From Gekko japonicus (lineage: Eukaryota): a stretch of 64,000 bases of DNA. Below, one piece after another: positions 1-13,633 of the stretch (its first letter is position 1; every line of letters begins with the position of its first letter). The notes below the pieces were generated by a model. That model did not search any database. It had not been told where the DNA came from and saw only the letters and a program-made list of their open reading frames with translations. The stretch lies in the NCBI RefSeq assembly GCF_001447785.1, contig NW_015163156.1:200725-264724 (forward strand), read 5' to 3'. Both the position numbers and the translations under genes were made by a program.

Positions 1-519
1 AAATATGTATTTGCTATTTTCAACCCCCACCCATGGCAAAAACTAAAGGCAAATAATAGATGAGTGAAAATGGCTATGGGGGGCTGTTTGCCCCTCTTTC
101 AGGCTCCATGTTTCCTGGGATCATGTGACTGAGAACACATGAAACCCATGAAAGGGGGAACCAGTGTTATAGTTATCACTAGGGTAAATGGCATGGGAGA
201 AGGCAGTAGAAGCCCCTCCCTCCCCTTGTAGCGCTCACTCACTGAGCAGCAGAGCAGTATGTAAGACGAGTCCCCCAATGGTAAGTGTGACTGTGAGTTG
301 GGTTAGGGATCCCCCAACCTGGGTCATGTCACATCTGTTGCACAGCTAAGTGACATAGGGTGCATTGGACTGTTGCACTCCCTCTTTAATATTGGAAATG
401 TCCACAGTTTTGCTTGTAGAAAACTAAGGCTTCATATTTCATAAATGTATTTCTTTAAAATACTTATTTTCTACTTTATCTCCTTGGACTCAAGGTGGCT
501 AACAATGTAACTGCAAGTT

Positions 520-871
520 AAAGGTAAAGGTAAATGTTCCCTTGCTCGAAAGCTAGTCGAGTTCGACTCTAGGGTTGCGGTGCTCATCTCCGTTTCCAAG
601 CCAAAGAGCCAGCGCTGTCCGAAGACATTTCCGTGGTCATGTGGCTGGCATAACTAAACACCAAGGTGCACGGAACACTGTTACCTTCCCACCGAAGTGG
701 TACCTATTTATCTACTTGCAATTTCTTGCTTTCGAACTGCTAGGTTGGCAGGAGCTGGAACTAGAGACGGGAGCTCACTCCGTCATGTGGCAACTCGGGT
801 CTTGAACTGCTGAACTACTGACCTTCCACAGCCTGCAGTTCAGCGTCTTAACCACTTGAGCCACCGCAGCT
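520..871 (-). mobile_element. Sauria SINE, near full length
   Basis: (AAAGGT)n tail at left (ACCTTT on minus), body ccgtggtcatgtggc...ttaccttcccacc...gtacctatttatctact, tRNA-like head at right. Confidence 0.9.
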
Positions 872-1054
872 CAAGTTACAAGTTGCAAGTTACAAGGACA
901 CAAAACCAGTAGAACAATTAGGGTTCCCAACTCCAAGATAAGAAATCCCTGGAAACTTAGGCATCGAGCCTGTGGATGGAGGAAAGGAGGGAATTCGGCA
1001 GGGTATAATGCAGTCTATATAGTGATGTGTGCCCCCACCCATCTGCAGATACCT

Positions 1055-1425
1055 TAGGGCTGCTGGATCTCCTGGGGGGGATTTGCCCACTCTGGTGGCC
1101 TCCAATCTGCCAGCCTAGATCCGGCTGGCAGGGGGAACCCCGCCCCCAAAGAGCCTCATATGCGTCGACATGCCCGGCGCAATGACATCACCCAGAGATG
1201 ACATCATCGCACCAGACATGTAGGGGTGAACGCTCGATCATTTAAGGAAAAAACATAAAGTTTTTCCTTAAATGATAGAGCATCCCCTGAAACGTGCCCT
1301 GCGCAATGACGTCACTTCTGGGTGATGTCATCACAGTGCATGCACTTCATGCGCATGCCGAAGATCTCTGGGACTGGGGCCCCCCCCCCCCCCCGCTGCT
1401 AGCCAGGTAAAACCTGGCAAACCTA
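1055..1425. mobile_element. hAT (Blackjack-like) MITE
   Basis: Termini TAGGGCTGC...GGCAAACCTA; 8-bp TSD agatacct/ggatacct; internally palindromic. Confidence 0.8.
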
Positions 1426-2380
1426 GGATACCTAAATCCACCGATTGAGGCTACAAAGACACTGAACAGATTTTTCAGCAAAACTGAGGGACTCCCCAGG
1501 TTTGTAGAAAAATCTGAAATGTTTAAATTTCCCCCCAAATACAAAATTTTAAAAATAATGGGAGCTGTGGCAGCAGGCACCAGGGCCCAGCAGTGGCAGG
1601 CTTGGCGCGGCTCCTGGACACAACTGCCACTGCCGGGCTCCAAGGCAGGTGGTTTGGCTGGACTTATGAAGGCTCAGCAATGGGGGGAGATGGGATTCCG
1701 TCCCATGAATTTCACGGCCCCCGCCTTGTAGAATCTACTCTCCAAAGCTGTCGTTTCATCAAGGGGGACTTATCTATGTAGTGTGAAGATCAGTGTGCCA
1801 AACAGTACAATGATGTATGCTAACTGACTTCTAAAAGGCCCATTTAATTAATTGATTAATTTAGAATATTTCTATGCTGCCTCTTCAGAGTCCTCCTTGA
1901 GGGAGCTTACAGTTAGAAAAAGCACAATATAAAACACAAGCCATTAAAAACAAAAACAACAGAAGCCATTAAAAACACACAGGCAGAATAAAATTATCTA
2001 TAAAGCAGAGCAGATCATTGAAAAGCTGATAAGATATACCCTTAAGTAGAAGCTTGGGTAAAAAGATGTGTTTTAACTTGGTGCCTAAAGTGGGCACAAG
2101 GGAGGGCATTCCAAAATGCTCTGTTTCTTGTTGTCACCCTCCTTACCTCTGAAGGCAAAGGCAAAAAGAACGGAGCTAGAGAGGCAGATTTTATATTGTT
2201 AAAACAGTAAAAAAACAGTCAAGCTTTCTAAGAACTTAAGTATTGTACATATTTCAATTTCCCCAGTGTTTCATGGATTTTTAAAAATGCATGTTTTCCC
2301 CATAGCTTTAAAATTCCTAGAAATTTTTTATCTTTAATCATAAGACTGGTTTCTGGAGCAGCTGGATTAAGTTTTATTTA

Positions 2381-2749
2381 GGCAGGAACTCATTAGCATA
2401 ATAGGCCACACCCAATAGCAGAAACTCATTAGCATAGTAGGCCACACCCCTGACAGCACAGCTCATTGGCATATTAGGCCACTCCCCCATGTTACCAGAA
2501 GTGTGCTCATCCAGCCACACCCACCTTTTGCTTCTTATTCTGTTTACCTTGTTTGTTGTCCAAACCCAGGGCTTTTTTGTAGCAGGAACTCATTTGCATG
2601 TTAGGCCACACACCCCTAATGTAGCCAATCCTAATGAGTTTCTGCTGTTGGGTGTGGCCTATTATGCTAATGAGTTCCTGCTGGGCGTGGCCAACTTGGG
2701 AGCCAGCCGGAACTCCGTTCCTGTGCGTTCCGGCCCCAAAATAGCCCTG
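2381..2749. mobile_element. hAT-type composite MITE with ctcattagcata/ggccacaccc repeats (left end truncated)
   Basis: CAGGGCT...AGCCCTG ends around 2567-2749; near reverse complement of 36870-37370. Confidence 0.7.
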
Positions 2750-2769
2750 GTTATTTCTATTTCCATTTT

Positions 2770-2845
2770 GTATCTGAAGAAGTGTGTGTGCACACAAAAC
2801 TTTAATAAAGCTTTGTTGGTCTTCAAGGTGCCACTGGACTCGAAC
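2770..2845 (+). mobile_element. Penelope-like element terminal-repeat fragment with degenerate hammerhead motif
   Basis: gtat CTGAAGA a gtgtg tgtg cacac aAAA ... ttgttggtcttcaaggtgccactggactc; same family as 5815-5961 and 49741-49940. Confidence 0.6.
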
Positions 2846-3152
2846 GTTGAGATCAGGACCCTGCAGGGATCATTATAGTTCCACCGAGCGTTTAGTTGAA
2901 GCAGTGGATGTCCAACAGAATCGCCCCTTCTGAACACAACCCTGTTTGCCACGGCAGCGTCGCCTAGCCATTGCTGCTGTGATCGCGCCACACCGCTTCT
3001 TTGCCGCGCCACAGGATTGTCATGTGATTGACACCTCCCCCTGAACCACGGGACATCGGCGGGACGTGTGATCCGGCGGCCGCGCGTTAGTTTGCTCCGG
3101 GGCAAACAGCCACGCTTCCCCCTCGCATTTTCTGGCCCGTGTGACCGGGGCC
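2846..3152. mobile_element. Truncated PIF/Harbinger-like element
   Basis: CpG-rich; right end gggcaaacagccacgcttc...gcccgtgtgaccggggcc shared with 24943-25473; no left TIR seen. Confidence 0.6.
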
Positions 3153-3779
3153 CTAGTAGCTTAAATCTGTTATTTAAGCTACTGGTTAGTACAAATATCT
3201 TAACATTATTTCATAGTCTGTACAAAACAAGTTTTATTTTAAAAAGGAATGTTCGGTTTTGTCACTGAAACTCTAGACTCATCTGACTAGCTAGATATTA
3301 GAAAGATGAGTTTCCTCAGCAAGTACTAAGAAATCATTTATAAGTGGAGAGCAAGGAGCCCTTCACTTAAGCACCAGGAAATTTCTGTCAGTACCTGCTG
3401 TGCTGATTCTGATTTCCCCCTCCTTATATGTGGTGGATCAAACAGTATCTAAAGAGGCAGAGCATGTCTAGAATGGTGTGCCATGTCTTTTGATGCTTCA
3501 TGATGTTGACCTTAATTGGGTATTGCGGTTCCTGCCAGTAAAATGCACTCGGATACATTTGTCTACATGACACATCACTTTCATTGTTGTTGCATTCACA
3601 CAATAATTAAGTGTACCTTTGAACAATATAGGCGTAGTCTTCCAGGTTACTATTTAATTAGTTTATCTTCATCCTATAGCTTCCCAACACTGTATAATCA
3701 ATAGTACTCTAGAGAACATTCTACCAATATTGGAAACGGATATATCCAGCTGTAAAATGTAGCTTTACTGATATTTTAG

Positions 3780-3948
3780 GTTATACTGTGAAATAGTTGT
3801 AGACCAGAGCATAGAGTCAGTTATGCGTTCTGGAAGGCTGATAAATGAATGTACCTTTTGGAAAAACATGTGGCCTATGTACACAAAAATGATTTCTCAT
3901 ATTGCCTCTGGTTCTTCCTTCTCCAGCAATCTAAGAAAACACAACCAA
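3780..3948 (+). CDS. Internal coding exon (169 nt) of an unidentified protein-coding gene
   Basis: Branch-like tactgat and ttttag acceptor before 3780; CAA|gtaaga donor after 3948; open frame xLYCEIVVDQSIESVMRSGRLINECTFWKNMWPMYTKMISHIASGSSFSSNLRKHNQ filling the exon while the other two frames have early stops; non-repeat context. Starts phase 2, ends phase 0. Confidence 0.75.
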
Positions 3949-4807
3949 GTAAGAAACAAAGCTTTTCAGGGCACTGCCAAGCATGGTGTTTATCTTATTT
4001 CTGCACAGCACACTGCTCTAATACTAGACGTGTTGAGTCCAGTTCACTTCATTCAGAACCAGTCAATATATATCAGTAGCAGTCTTCTCATTACATCTGT
4101 GCCATATCATGGTGGGGTCTTAATTAGTAATGAGTGGATAGGCTTTTTACAATGAAAATTCATGGAACATAGCAGAATTTCCTTCTTCGGAAGTCAGGAA
4201 AAAAATACCCCAGTCAAGGACAGAATCGTTTTTTTTTAAAGAATTGTATCTCTCTTCCTCCAATGCTGGAAACACTTTTTAACAGAGCTTGGCTTGCATC
4301 TATTCAGTTGGTTCCTTCATATCACAATCTATAATATCAGCTGAAGACACCCTCTTCATTTGTTCCCATAAAAGCCCCCTGTACAAATTCCTTTATGAGC
4401 CATTATGGCTACGCCCAGGTAGCAAGAGATGGGCTTCCTGAGCAGCTGAACATCGCTTATGTGATATGCAGACATAACTCTTTAGGTGAATCCTTTTAGG
4501 TGAATCCTTTACCAATGTGGGAGTAAATCCAAAGGTGGCAGCATGCAGGCTAAAGGTGGTGGTGGAGTTGGAAACCATTCAATGAATGGAGAAATGTCTA
4601 TGTACAAGAAGGGTACATAAAGAGAAGTTCCTGGATTGGTGCTGGCTCCACAACTGGATTTGTTTTCCTTCTCCTGGGTTTATGCCAAAATTCTAGGGGT
4701 GCCTTTTTAATTTAGGTTGAATTTTTGTATCTATGCTAGAGATGGCTTCAGCCTAAAATAATTCATATTTTTCTGAGCTTTCATAATATTTGCTTTTGAT
4801 ATACAAT

Positions 4808-5129
4808 CAATGGCAGACCTACATTTTTGAAACCCTGAAGCTTGAACTGTTATAGGGGCCCCTTCTCAACCAGCAACAGTAGGGCAACACCCAACAGGGC
4901 CATATGAAACTATTAGAGCATATTCGAAGGTCAATATTAAGTACTTCTACCCATTGGCTTATGATTCTGTCTCTAAAATAGCCTTATTTTAATAACAAAC
5001 ACTTAAAAAACCCTCCATCAATTTTGTCGAAAAATTCACTCATTAAAAAAAAAAGTTGCTTCAGGGCCCTTCTAGAATTAGGGGCCCTGAAGCTTCAGCT
5101 TCATTAGTTTCATGGTATATCTGCCTCTG
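4808..5129. mobile_element. hAT (Tip100-like) MITE
   Basis: Imperfect TIR CAATGGCAGA/TCTGCCTCTG; perfect 8-bp TSD tatacaat (4800-4807, 5130-5137). Confidence 0.85.
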
Positions 5130-5814
5130 TATACAATGCCATCCTCCACCATTAACTTCTTGGGATGACTAGGCTAAACAAAACAATAATACTTAAGTTC
5201 ACTACCTCAGAAAGACTCAGCTTTATAGAATGCTGCATAAAGAAACAAAATATGTTTCTGGTAGCAGTTAGAATTTTATATCCTGTGTTGACACTTTAAA
5301 CATCACTTTAAACATAAATGTAATGTCTTGTGTCTGAAAACCTGCCTTCCAACCAGCAAGTCACATTTCTCAGTCATGTCCATTCCAATATTTGAATATT
5401 TTAAAATCAAGAACAGGCTCAATAGATTGGATCCCACCCCTCCCTTTTACATGAGAAGCAGTACTTTTGCAAGGGCTGTGTTTGATTTCTTTGCGCAAGG
5501 GCTGTGTTTGATTTCTTCTTACATTTCTTCCCATGCTGCTTCTCAAACCATTTCTGAACGCAGGAAGGGATTACCTAGCTATCATCTATTCTTTTTTACC
5601 GTTTCCTTCTCCAAGAACCTCAGAGTGGCATTTGTTCTCCCTATTTTACCCTCAAAACAATCCTGTGAGATATTGGCTGAGAGAAAGTGATTGGCCCAAA
5701 GTCACCTAGTTTCTCCCCTTCTGTTGGATAGATTCCCCAAATCTGTTCTGTGAACAGGATCCCGATAGGGTTCTCTATAGCCAAACCAGTGCTTTTATGT
5801 AGGGATCACAAAAT

Positions 5815-5961
5815 TAAGCAAGAGTTCACTTTAACCACTAACAAAATTTATTCCAGCATAATCTTTTGTGATTTAGTTGTATCTGATGGTGAGCTTTGAC
5901 TCATGAAAGTTTGTGCTGGAGTAATGTTTGTCAGTCTTTAAAGTGCTACTGGACTCTTGCT
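5815..5961. mobile_element. Penelope-like inverted terminal-repeat remnant
   Basis: gtat CTGATG gtgag ctttga ctcat GAAA ... gtctttaaagtgctactggactcttgc, with a decayed inverted copy upstream. Confidence 0.55.
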
Positions 5962-7597
5962 GAATGTGTTCACGGTGTTTTATATACACCAATACATCCA
6001 TTATATGTGAATATCTCACAGGTGGAATACCCATTTTGAATGTGCACAGCTTTTGGGCTCCTACTATGCACTGAAAACAAGAGCAGATTCACTACTCCAC
6101 TTTCTACAGTAACCCAGTCAGAAGCCTGGGCAATAAAGGAATCCCATGTGAGTAGACAGAGATATTTCATAGATGATCTGTTTCTGCTTGCAGAATCAGA
6201 TGCACGGTGGCAATGCAGTATGGGCAGCCAGCCTACCCCTCCCAGACTGGTTAACTGTATCCTTATATAGTAGAGAAAATGGGCACCTCCATCAAAATAT
6301 TTCTTGGTTGTACCCCTGTATTTATGTCGTGGTCTGTGTTAGATGTCATGAATTAAACATTTCGTAAAACAAAAGGATGTGCAATGACTATGGATTGAAA
6401 CCATTTTTACCACCCTTAATATATTGGTCTGACACCGTTTTTGGTGAGTAGTCATTTATGTAGCACTTGATGCTATTTTTCAACCCTTCAGCAATCTTGC
6501 AAGATGAATCACTATTATTTAGCTTGTACAGATAGTAAACTGAGGCTCAGTGATAGTAACTTCTTGAGGACTCCCAGAAAGTTCAGCGCAGTGGCAGTCC
6601 TTGAACTGACATTTTTCTGACCCAAGCACTCTCCTCTGGATTGCACTCTCTTTCAGAGGTGATCCTTGGTTGTTTCAATAAGAGGCTTAATATCATGGGT
6701 TGGACCCAGACTAAACTGACAATTTCTACTGATTTCCCATTCTCACTGCAGAGCCCCGTCATGTCCTTACTCAGGGTCCCCCTATCCCACAGGAGCAGCA
6801 TTTTGTGAAGGTCAGTAGTCTGTAGTGGGGGGGAGAGGAAAATTCCTTTCCCCAGTGGAAAATTTAGTCTAGATCCTACCCCATATGTTGTCCTACAGCA
6901 GATAAAGCACATCAGCACACCTAATAATATATTGCAGAAATACATTTTTTAAACATACTGAATCAATTGTTTTGTTTTTTAGATTAGATTTTAATGAGTT
7001 ATGATACAGTATTGTAATATCATGCAGGATTTTTAAGCACACTGCTGTTTTTTGTTTCCTGCATTAGAATAGTTTACAATATTTTTTCAAGGGATATAAC
7101 ATTTAATTAAAATATACTAATTTATGTATTTGCTTATTATTTGTATCCCTAAAGCAGTGAAAATTCATGGTGTGATTTTATGAAAAATGTAAATGAGAAT
7201 GTTAATGTTGCTAATAAAGTGAAATTAGCATACTTTTTTTTTTAAAAAAACGCCATTTTATTTTTGCAACTTCATAAAAATAGGTTGTAAATAAGTGTTT
7301 GGCTGTTTGTTCTGATTGCATAAGGAGAAACTGTCTGAGAGCAAAAGCTGACTTTAGGATATGTATCATGAAACTCATTAAGTGGGACAAACTCTGCCAG
7401 TGGTCCCACCGTGGCAGCTGTTCAAAGTCAGTGAAGACATAAAAGTATAATTTTAAAGGTATTGGAATCAATAACTGAAGGACTGGACTGCTATGGAAAA
7501 ATTTTTCTTAATTTCCATTGTGTTATGTTAGCTTTTATTTGTCTAGCAGATAAAACTGTTTCTGTTCATTGTGTTGTGTTGTTTCCCTTTCTCCAGT

Positions 7598-7928
7598 TAG
7601 GGTTGCCAGGGCCCTTGAACCTGCTGGTGGGGGGTGGGGGGGGTGAACTTACTGGCAGTGAACACTGAAAATAAACATGATGTGCCTAAATGATGTAGGC
7701 ACATCAGGGACGTTGGGGAACAATGCTTTGGTTTTGGGGCAAAACTCTATGGTAGAATTAGCTTCTACCATAGAGTTTTGCCCCAACCACACAGCATTGC
7801 CCCCCAATGTGCTTATATGTCACTTCCAGGTTGTGTAGGAACATGACATTTAATTTCCATGTTCTTCCCTGTTTGGGAAGAGGTGGGGCCCGAAAGCGGG
7901 GGACACCTGCTGGGGGGGTCTGGCACTC
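7598..7928. mobile_element. hAT (Blackjack-like) MITE
   Basis: TAGGGTTGCCAG start, ...TCTGGCAC end, central palindrome gggcaaaactctatggtagaa/ttctaccatagagttttgccc. Confidence 0.7.
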
Positions 7929-10900
7929 CAGTATTTATTATCACAATAAAAGAACTGGACTGATGGCTCTCAGCAAAATAGTTTAATTTTGCTGTCAATT
8001 TCATGCATAGGTCACCCAATATCTAAAACCCATAGTTTCTGATCATGACGACAAATGTGGCTATAAGTTAGCAAGGGACTTTGCATCTTCTACAAGGCTC
8101 AGAGTAGTATATATGTAACATAGGGTTGTCCACAGTGTAGTCTCATCCAATCCCTGTATGGTAGGTCAGGCTGAGAGGTCACGATGGGCCCAAGATTCTC
8201 CAGAGGTTTATGACTGAGCAGAGGTTCAAGGTGCTAGACCACACCAACCAGTTTATGCTTAGCATTGATAGTCTGAAGGTTGTTCAAGTGGTATGAAGGA
8301 CATTTCTATAAGTGGGGAACTTTGAATATTGACCTACTTAATTCATTTAAATGAATGGGAAAGATTTTTTAAAAGCACACTGCCTGATGCAATGCATGGA
8401 TATTTTTTTGGGGGGAAGATTACTCCATATATCACACAATCATCTCAAACTGTTTGTCATATAACAAGCCTAAACCAGTACATTTTTGTATGAAAAATGA
8501 CTCATAATTGAAGGTCTTCTACTTGGACATATGGTTTCTGTACAGGCTTTTTCCTTTGGGATTTATCATACATTACACTGTTAGGATAAAGTGACTAGTT
8601 GAATGGAATTAATAATGTTTGTGGCAGTGTAAACGCATGCATATGGGGTTTTAAGGCCTGTTATCACTGTTGCTCATACTTCACAGTGGACTTGGGTTGG
8701 AAAAGTCATTGTTTCTCGTCCCTATCAATAGTAGCATCTAAAAATGCGGTACCCAGTACTTAGTGGTTATCATACTATCAGATACTATGGATAACATCAA
8801 GAAAACTTGCCTCTCCATAGTTCTCTTCTTCTAAAAGCCGTCTCCTGAGAGTAATGGACTCTCAAGGATGTTGTTAGATGTGTATAGGGGAATGTAGCTG
8901 GAGGGTTAATTTTGACAGAACTCATGGTCTACACCTTATCCAAGAAATTGTCTCCTTATGAAAGCAGACCTTTGGGTCCAATCCTATGCAACTGCTTTTA
9001 TATGAGTTGTGTTTTAAAATTAATTACATGTTTTACAAGGTTCTGAACCTATATTGAATACTGGATTAAGCTATTTTGAGGACCTATGAGACATGAACAA
9101 AATCTGATTATTGGGATTCTGTGAATACAAAGTGATTATAATCCTGTTATCAAAAGTACTCTTTCAACAATTGGATGCATTCCTATATACATCTCATAAG
9201 AGAAAAGAAATCTAAAAGCCAAAATTCCTGTGTTGCCTCCCGTTTTACAAATTTAAAAAATGAAAATATTAAACTACAATCCTATCCTGAGATGCGCATA
9301 AAAGGATAACTGAGATTTGCCTGACTGTAACCTTGGACAGGATCGTAGCTATAAGAAGGGCAGATCATTTTGAACCAATTGCTTAGTTCAGATGGAAGCT
9401 CAAATTTTGTGGCAAACAGTAAACACTGAGATGTACCCTGAGAGTCTTTTACACATTCATCCTTTGTTAGCTATTTATATTCACACTTCTTTACTTCACT
9501 AAGGCTTTTTTGTAAACAGCTTGTGGGCCTTTGCTGTTTTGTTAATGAACTGTCAATAAACACATGGCTTTCTCTCTCTAAAAATTGTCAGTTTGAAGGA
9601 GAGTTGTTTCTGCCATTGAGACAGGGGAGGGAGGGGAAGCCTCTTAGCTGAGGATGGCTGGCCCAACAACATCACCTCTTCAGGCTGAAGTATGGAACAA
9701 TATCACTTGTGAGCACTAAAGGGGAATGGCAGATTGTTTACACAAGAAGTGCCAATAGTCATTAGGGAGGACCTGTGAAGTGTTTCGAAACATGGGTGGT
9801 GTTAGCATTCTCCACAGAGTGAGAGCTGGAGTGGAACAAAAGATCAGAGAGGAAACACACATGTTCTGATGCAAGGCAACTCTTCCTTATGGACTCCAGG
9901 GAGGTGGAAATCTAGACGTAAATTGTTTGCTCTCACTTAGAAAGAACATCTCTGTTGTTGAGTAATTGTTGTTTTCCCTCCTGCTTTAATTTCCTTTGTA
10001 AATTATCTACCTTACCGAAGTGTTTTGATGAGGAAACCATCTCCATAAAAAAAAAAAGTCAACCACTTAAAAAAAAGAGTGGGTTTCAAAAAAAAAAGGT
10101 CAGCACATGAAAAACAGAGCTGGTATTCCAAATAATGCCCATTTTTACTACTCTGTCTCCTCCTAATGCTTTTTAGATGGAAAGAGGAGACAGCTTTAAA
10201 GAGTTTATGTAATGAAAGTACACCAAGAAAGCTCTTTAATCTTTTTTCTTGTTAGATGTGGTGGCAAATATGCTGAAAAATAAGCCATGGGGGGGTGGGG
10301 CCATACATACAGTGTTGCATATTGTGACTATCCCTGTGTGGGGATCATCATCCTGAGAGTAATTAAAACTGAATAGGGAAGGGGTGTGTGTGAATGTAAA
10401 GTGATTGCACCTGCCACTTGGGCATGATTTAGAAAACCCATTGTGTGAGCAGAAGACACTTCCACTTACGGAAGGGGGGGGCATTTCCAGAGATTTCTCA
10501 CACCAGTTTTAGCCCTCTGTGCCGCTTGCCATAGAAGTCCAAAAGTCCACTTACCCTCATGAGTAACTCTGGGAAGTCACCGGGCTGTGATAAGAAGGAA
10601 GAGGGCAGAAAGCCCTGTTCTGTGAGCAAGGCACCACTCATAGCTTTTGAAATCAAAAACGTTCTGTGTTTTACACTAGGAAGCATTCAGACAACAGCTT
10701 TTGCCTTACTATGCCTTTTCTGCTATACTGCATCCACTAGATCCTCTAGAGCAGTGCTGGACTGTTGTATAGTACAGCCCAGTATGTCTCTATAAAAATA
10801 ATATCCTTAAAAATAAGTTAGCCTTGCTATTTTGTATAGCAAGATCCTTGCTCACGTAAATAATTTCCCCATATTATTTCCACCTGAATCTCATGGTTAG

Positions 10901-11298
10901 GTTATTGTAGCCAATCAGATAATCACCCCTCAGTGTTGGAATAAAACTGTTGTGTGAATTTTAGCCTGCTGACATTTACCCTGTGTTATGGATGGGTATC
11001 TTCATGGATGCAGTGATTATTAATCTGATGGTGGGGCAGCACATGCAGTGGGGCCTTGATTATTCGGTAGAAGTTGAGAACAGTGTACTCTCAGGGTCAG
11101 CCCCTGCTGTGTCACAGAGGCAGGACTCACTGTGGTGAGACAGAAGTCAGTTAATAGTAAAGCTGAGGAAGATGGGAGCAGCAGCAAACATATTACTCAG
11201 ACCAAAAAGCAAGCCTGAACTTCGAAGGCTGTATAACAAGTATTGGTCCTTATCATGTAACCTGCTCTAGCCTATTGCAGCTGAAAGTCACTTCTGCT

Positions 11299-12144
11299 CA
11301 GGGGTCATTTCATAGAAAAAGAGCTGCAGGAGCTCATTAGCATATGGTATGCTAATGAGCTACTAGGCTATTAGCATATGCTCATTAGCATATGCAACAC
11401 CCCCTGACATTACCGGAAGTGATGTCAGAAGAGGAAGCAAAAGGGGGGGAAGGCATCTTCAAAAGCCTCCCCTTCCCCAGCCGGCCTGTGGGGGGAGCGA
11501 AGAGTTGGGTCGCAGAAGGAGGAAAGGGGGAAGGAAAGAAAGAGAGACTAGAGAGAAGGAACGAAGGAAGGAAAGAGGGAAAGAAAGAGAAGGAAAGAGG
11601 GAATAAAAATAGGGAAGGAAAGAAGGAAGGAAAGAGGAAAAGAAAAAGAAGGAAAAGGAGGGCAAGAAAGAGAAGGGAAGAAGGAGGGAAACAGGGAAAG
11701 GAGGAAAAAAGAGAAGAAGGCAGGAAAAGGAGGGAAAGAAAAGAATAGGAAGAGAGAAGGAAAGGAGGGAAAGAAAGAGGGCAAAGAGATGGGGAGAGGG
11801 AGGGAGGCTCTCCCACCCCCCAATCAAGCCCCTGCCACCCCCACCCCCGCGGATCCCTCACTTACTTTGGGAGGCGATGAGGGGGCTTCTTCAGCACTCC
11901 AGTGTGGGCCCAGGGAGGCAGCAGGGGGCCTCTTCTGGCCTCCTGCGGGCTGCAGTGCTCTGGCGTGGGCCCGGGGAGGCAGCAGGGGACACTCTTCTGG
12001 CCTCCCTCGGGCCGCAGCGCTCAGGTGCCAGGCTGAGAAACGTGGCAGTGGTGGGAAGGGGGCAAGGTTTGCTCATGTGCCCACCCCTGAGCTCCTCACT
12101 CCCGGAGCGCTGCTCTGGTGTGCTTCAGGGCCAACCGACCCCTG
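11299..12144. mobile_element. Non-autonomous hAT element with internal purine-rich low-complexity tract
   Basis: TIR CAGGGGTC...GACCCCTG; perfect 8-bp TSD cttctgct; GA-rich tract about 11515-11800. Confidence 0.9.
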
Positions 12145-12449
12145 CTTCTGCTCATGTAAGGATGCAGGTATGTGTGCGGTTTTTGTTGATTGTAGCTACC
12201 CATAGATAGTCCTCTCCCATCTCACTGCACTGAGTGTTGCCATTTATTTCCAGGAAAACTGATCTCTGTAGTCTGGAGATCATTTGTAATTCCAGGATAT
12301 CTCCAAGCCCCACCTGGAAGTTGACAACCCAAGGGTGCAGTGGGAAAGCAGGGGCATCCAAGTAATTCTTACCGCATACCAGTCCTGCAGAATATCTCCT
12401 GCACAAGATGTATTAGTCTGCATGGTTGATTATTTGTATCAGTTAGGAG

Positions 12450-12815
12450 TAGGGATGCCATTCCCCAGTTGGGGGCAGAGGATCCCCTGGTTTTTCGGGC
12501 TCCTGCCTGCCTCTGGCCAAGTGGCCAGCAGGGGAAATCTCACTCCCAAATGCGACATGCTGACATCATACGGAAGTGACATCATCACATTGGCGATGTC
12601 GCATGGTGACACTCTGGTTTTTGGGTAAAACTCAATGGTTTAAGGGTGATTTTTACCATAGAGTTTTGCCCCCAAACCAGAGTGTTGCTATGCAATGTTG
12701 CTGATGTGATGACATCACTTCCGCGTGACATCAGTGCATTGCAGCACTCCGCCCCTGCTCTTGGAAGGTCCCTTCCTTTTGCCTGCCAGCACGATCATCA
12801 GACCTGGCAACCCTA
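12450..12815. mobile_element. hAT (Blackjack-like) MITE
   Basis: TAGGGATGCCA...TGGCAACCCTA; TSD gttaggag/tttaggag; palindromic interior. Confidence 0.85.
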
Positions 12816-13453
12816 TTTAGGAGCATTCTTCACCATAGCTATCACTACCATTGTAGCTGCAAGAATAATGTTATAATTTGTATTATATAGGCAGAACACA
12901 GTGCTCCACTCTTGTTAGGATGCTTAAATCAAAATTAGATTGAATCCAGTCAGCTTTTCTGCTGGTGAAAAAGAAAGATGGTGTTTACTTTGATCACCAA
13001 GAAAGGTTAGGCTGGGGATCATGGGACTTGCATGTCCAGAAGCCTTGTGAGATGGTGGCTGTAATAAAGAGGGGAACTGGCTAAGTGAGTGGAAAGGTTG
13101 ACTGGATCCAACTCATTGTATGCACAGTTCCAATAGCCATGGTACGTATATTAAACATTGTGTACCTGTCCATTTCTACACTGGCAGTAAACCTTTTGTG
13201 TATGCATGTATGTTCTTGTGTCTGAGATACCATGAATTCTATATAATGTTAGGTTTCCTCCCCTGTTAGTTTCACTGTTCCCATAAAAAGTGAGACTTCT
13301 ACCCATTTGCCAGTGTTGAAACCCTTCAAAAATATTATTGAGAATCATTCAGTATTCCAGCACTTTTTTCTTTAAAAAACCATTTTTTTATTAAAGAAAA
13401 AGTCAAGTCTAACTCACAAATGCATCCTTTTTCTCATGTATATTTGATACGAG

Positions 13454-13633
13454 NNNNNNNNNNNNNNNNNNNNNNNNNNNNNNNNNNNNNNNNNNNNNNN
13501 NNNNNNNNNNNNNNNNNNNNNNNNNNNNNNNNNNNNNNNNNNNNNNNNNNNNNNNNNNNNNNNNNNNNNNNNNNNNNNNNNNNNNNNNNNNNNNNNNNNN
13601 NNNNNNNNNNNNNNNNNNNNNNNNNNNNNNNNN
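13454..13633. other. N block, 180 nt
   Basis: Seen directly; unique flanks. Confidence 0.95.

Noticed and set aside
2381-2700. CRISPR-like short repeat array
   Set aside because: Eukaryotic context, no unique spacers; these are transposon subterminal repeats.
2489-2878. Similar ORFs at 2.5 kb and 36.8 kb (NPNEFLLLGVAYYANEFLLG)
   Set aside because: Both arise from inverted copies of the same MITE, not from paralogous genes.
11385-11861. Long K/E/R-rich and F/L/S-rich ORFs
   Set aside because: Translations of a GA-rich low-complexity tract inside a hAT element bounded by a TSD.
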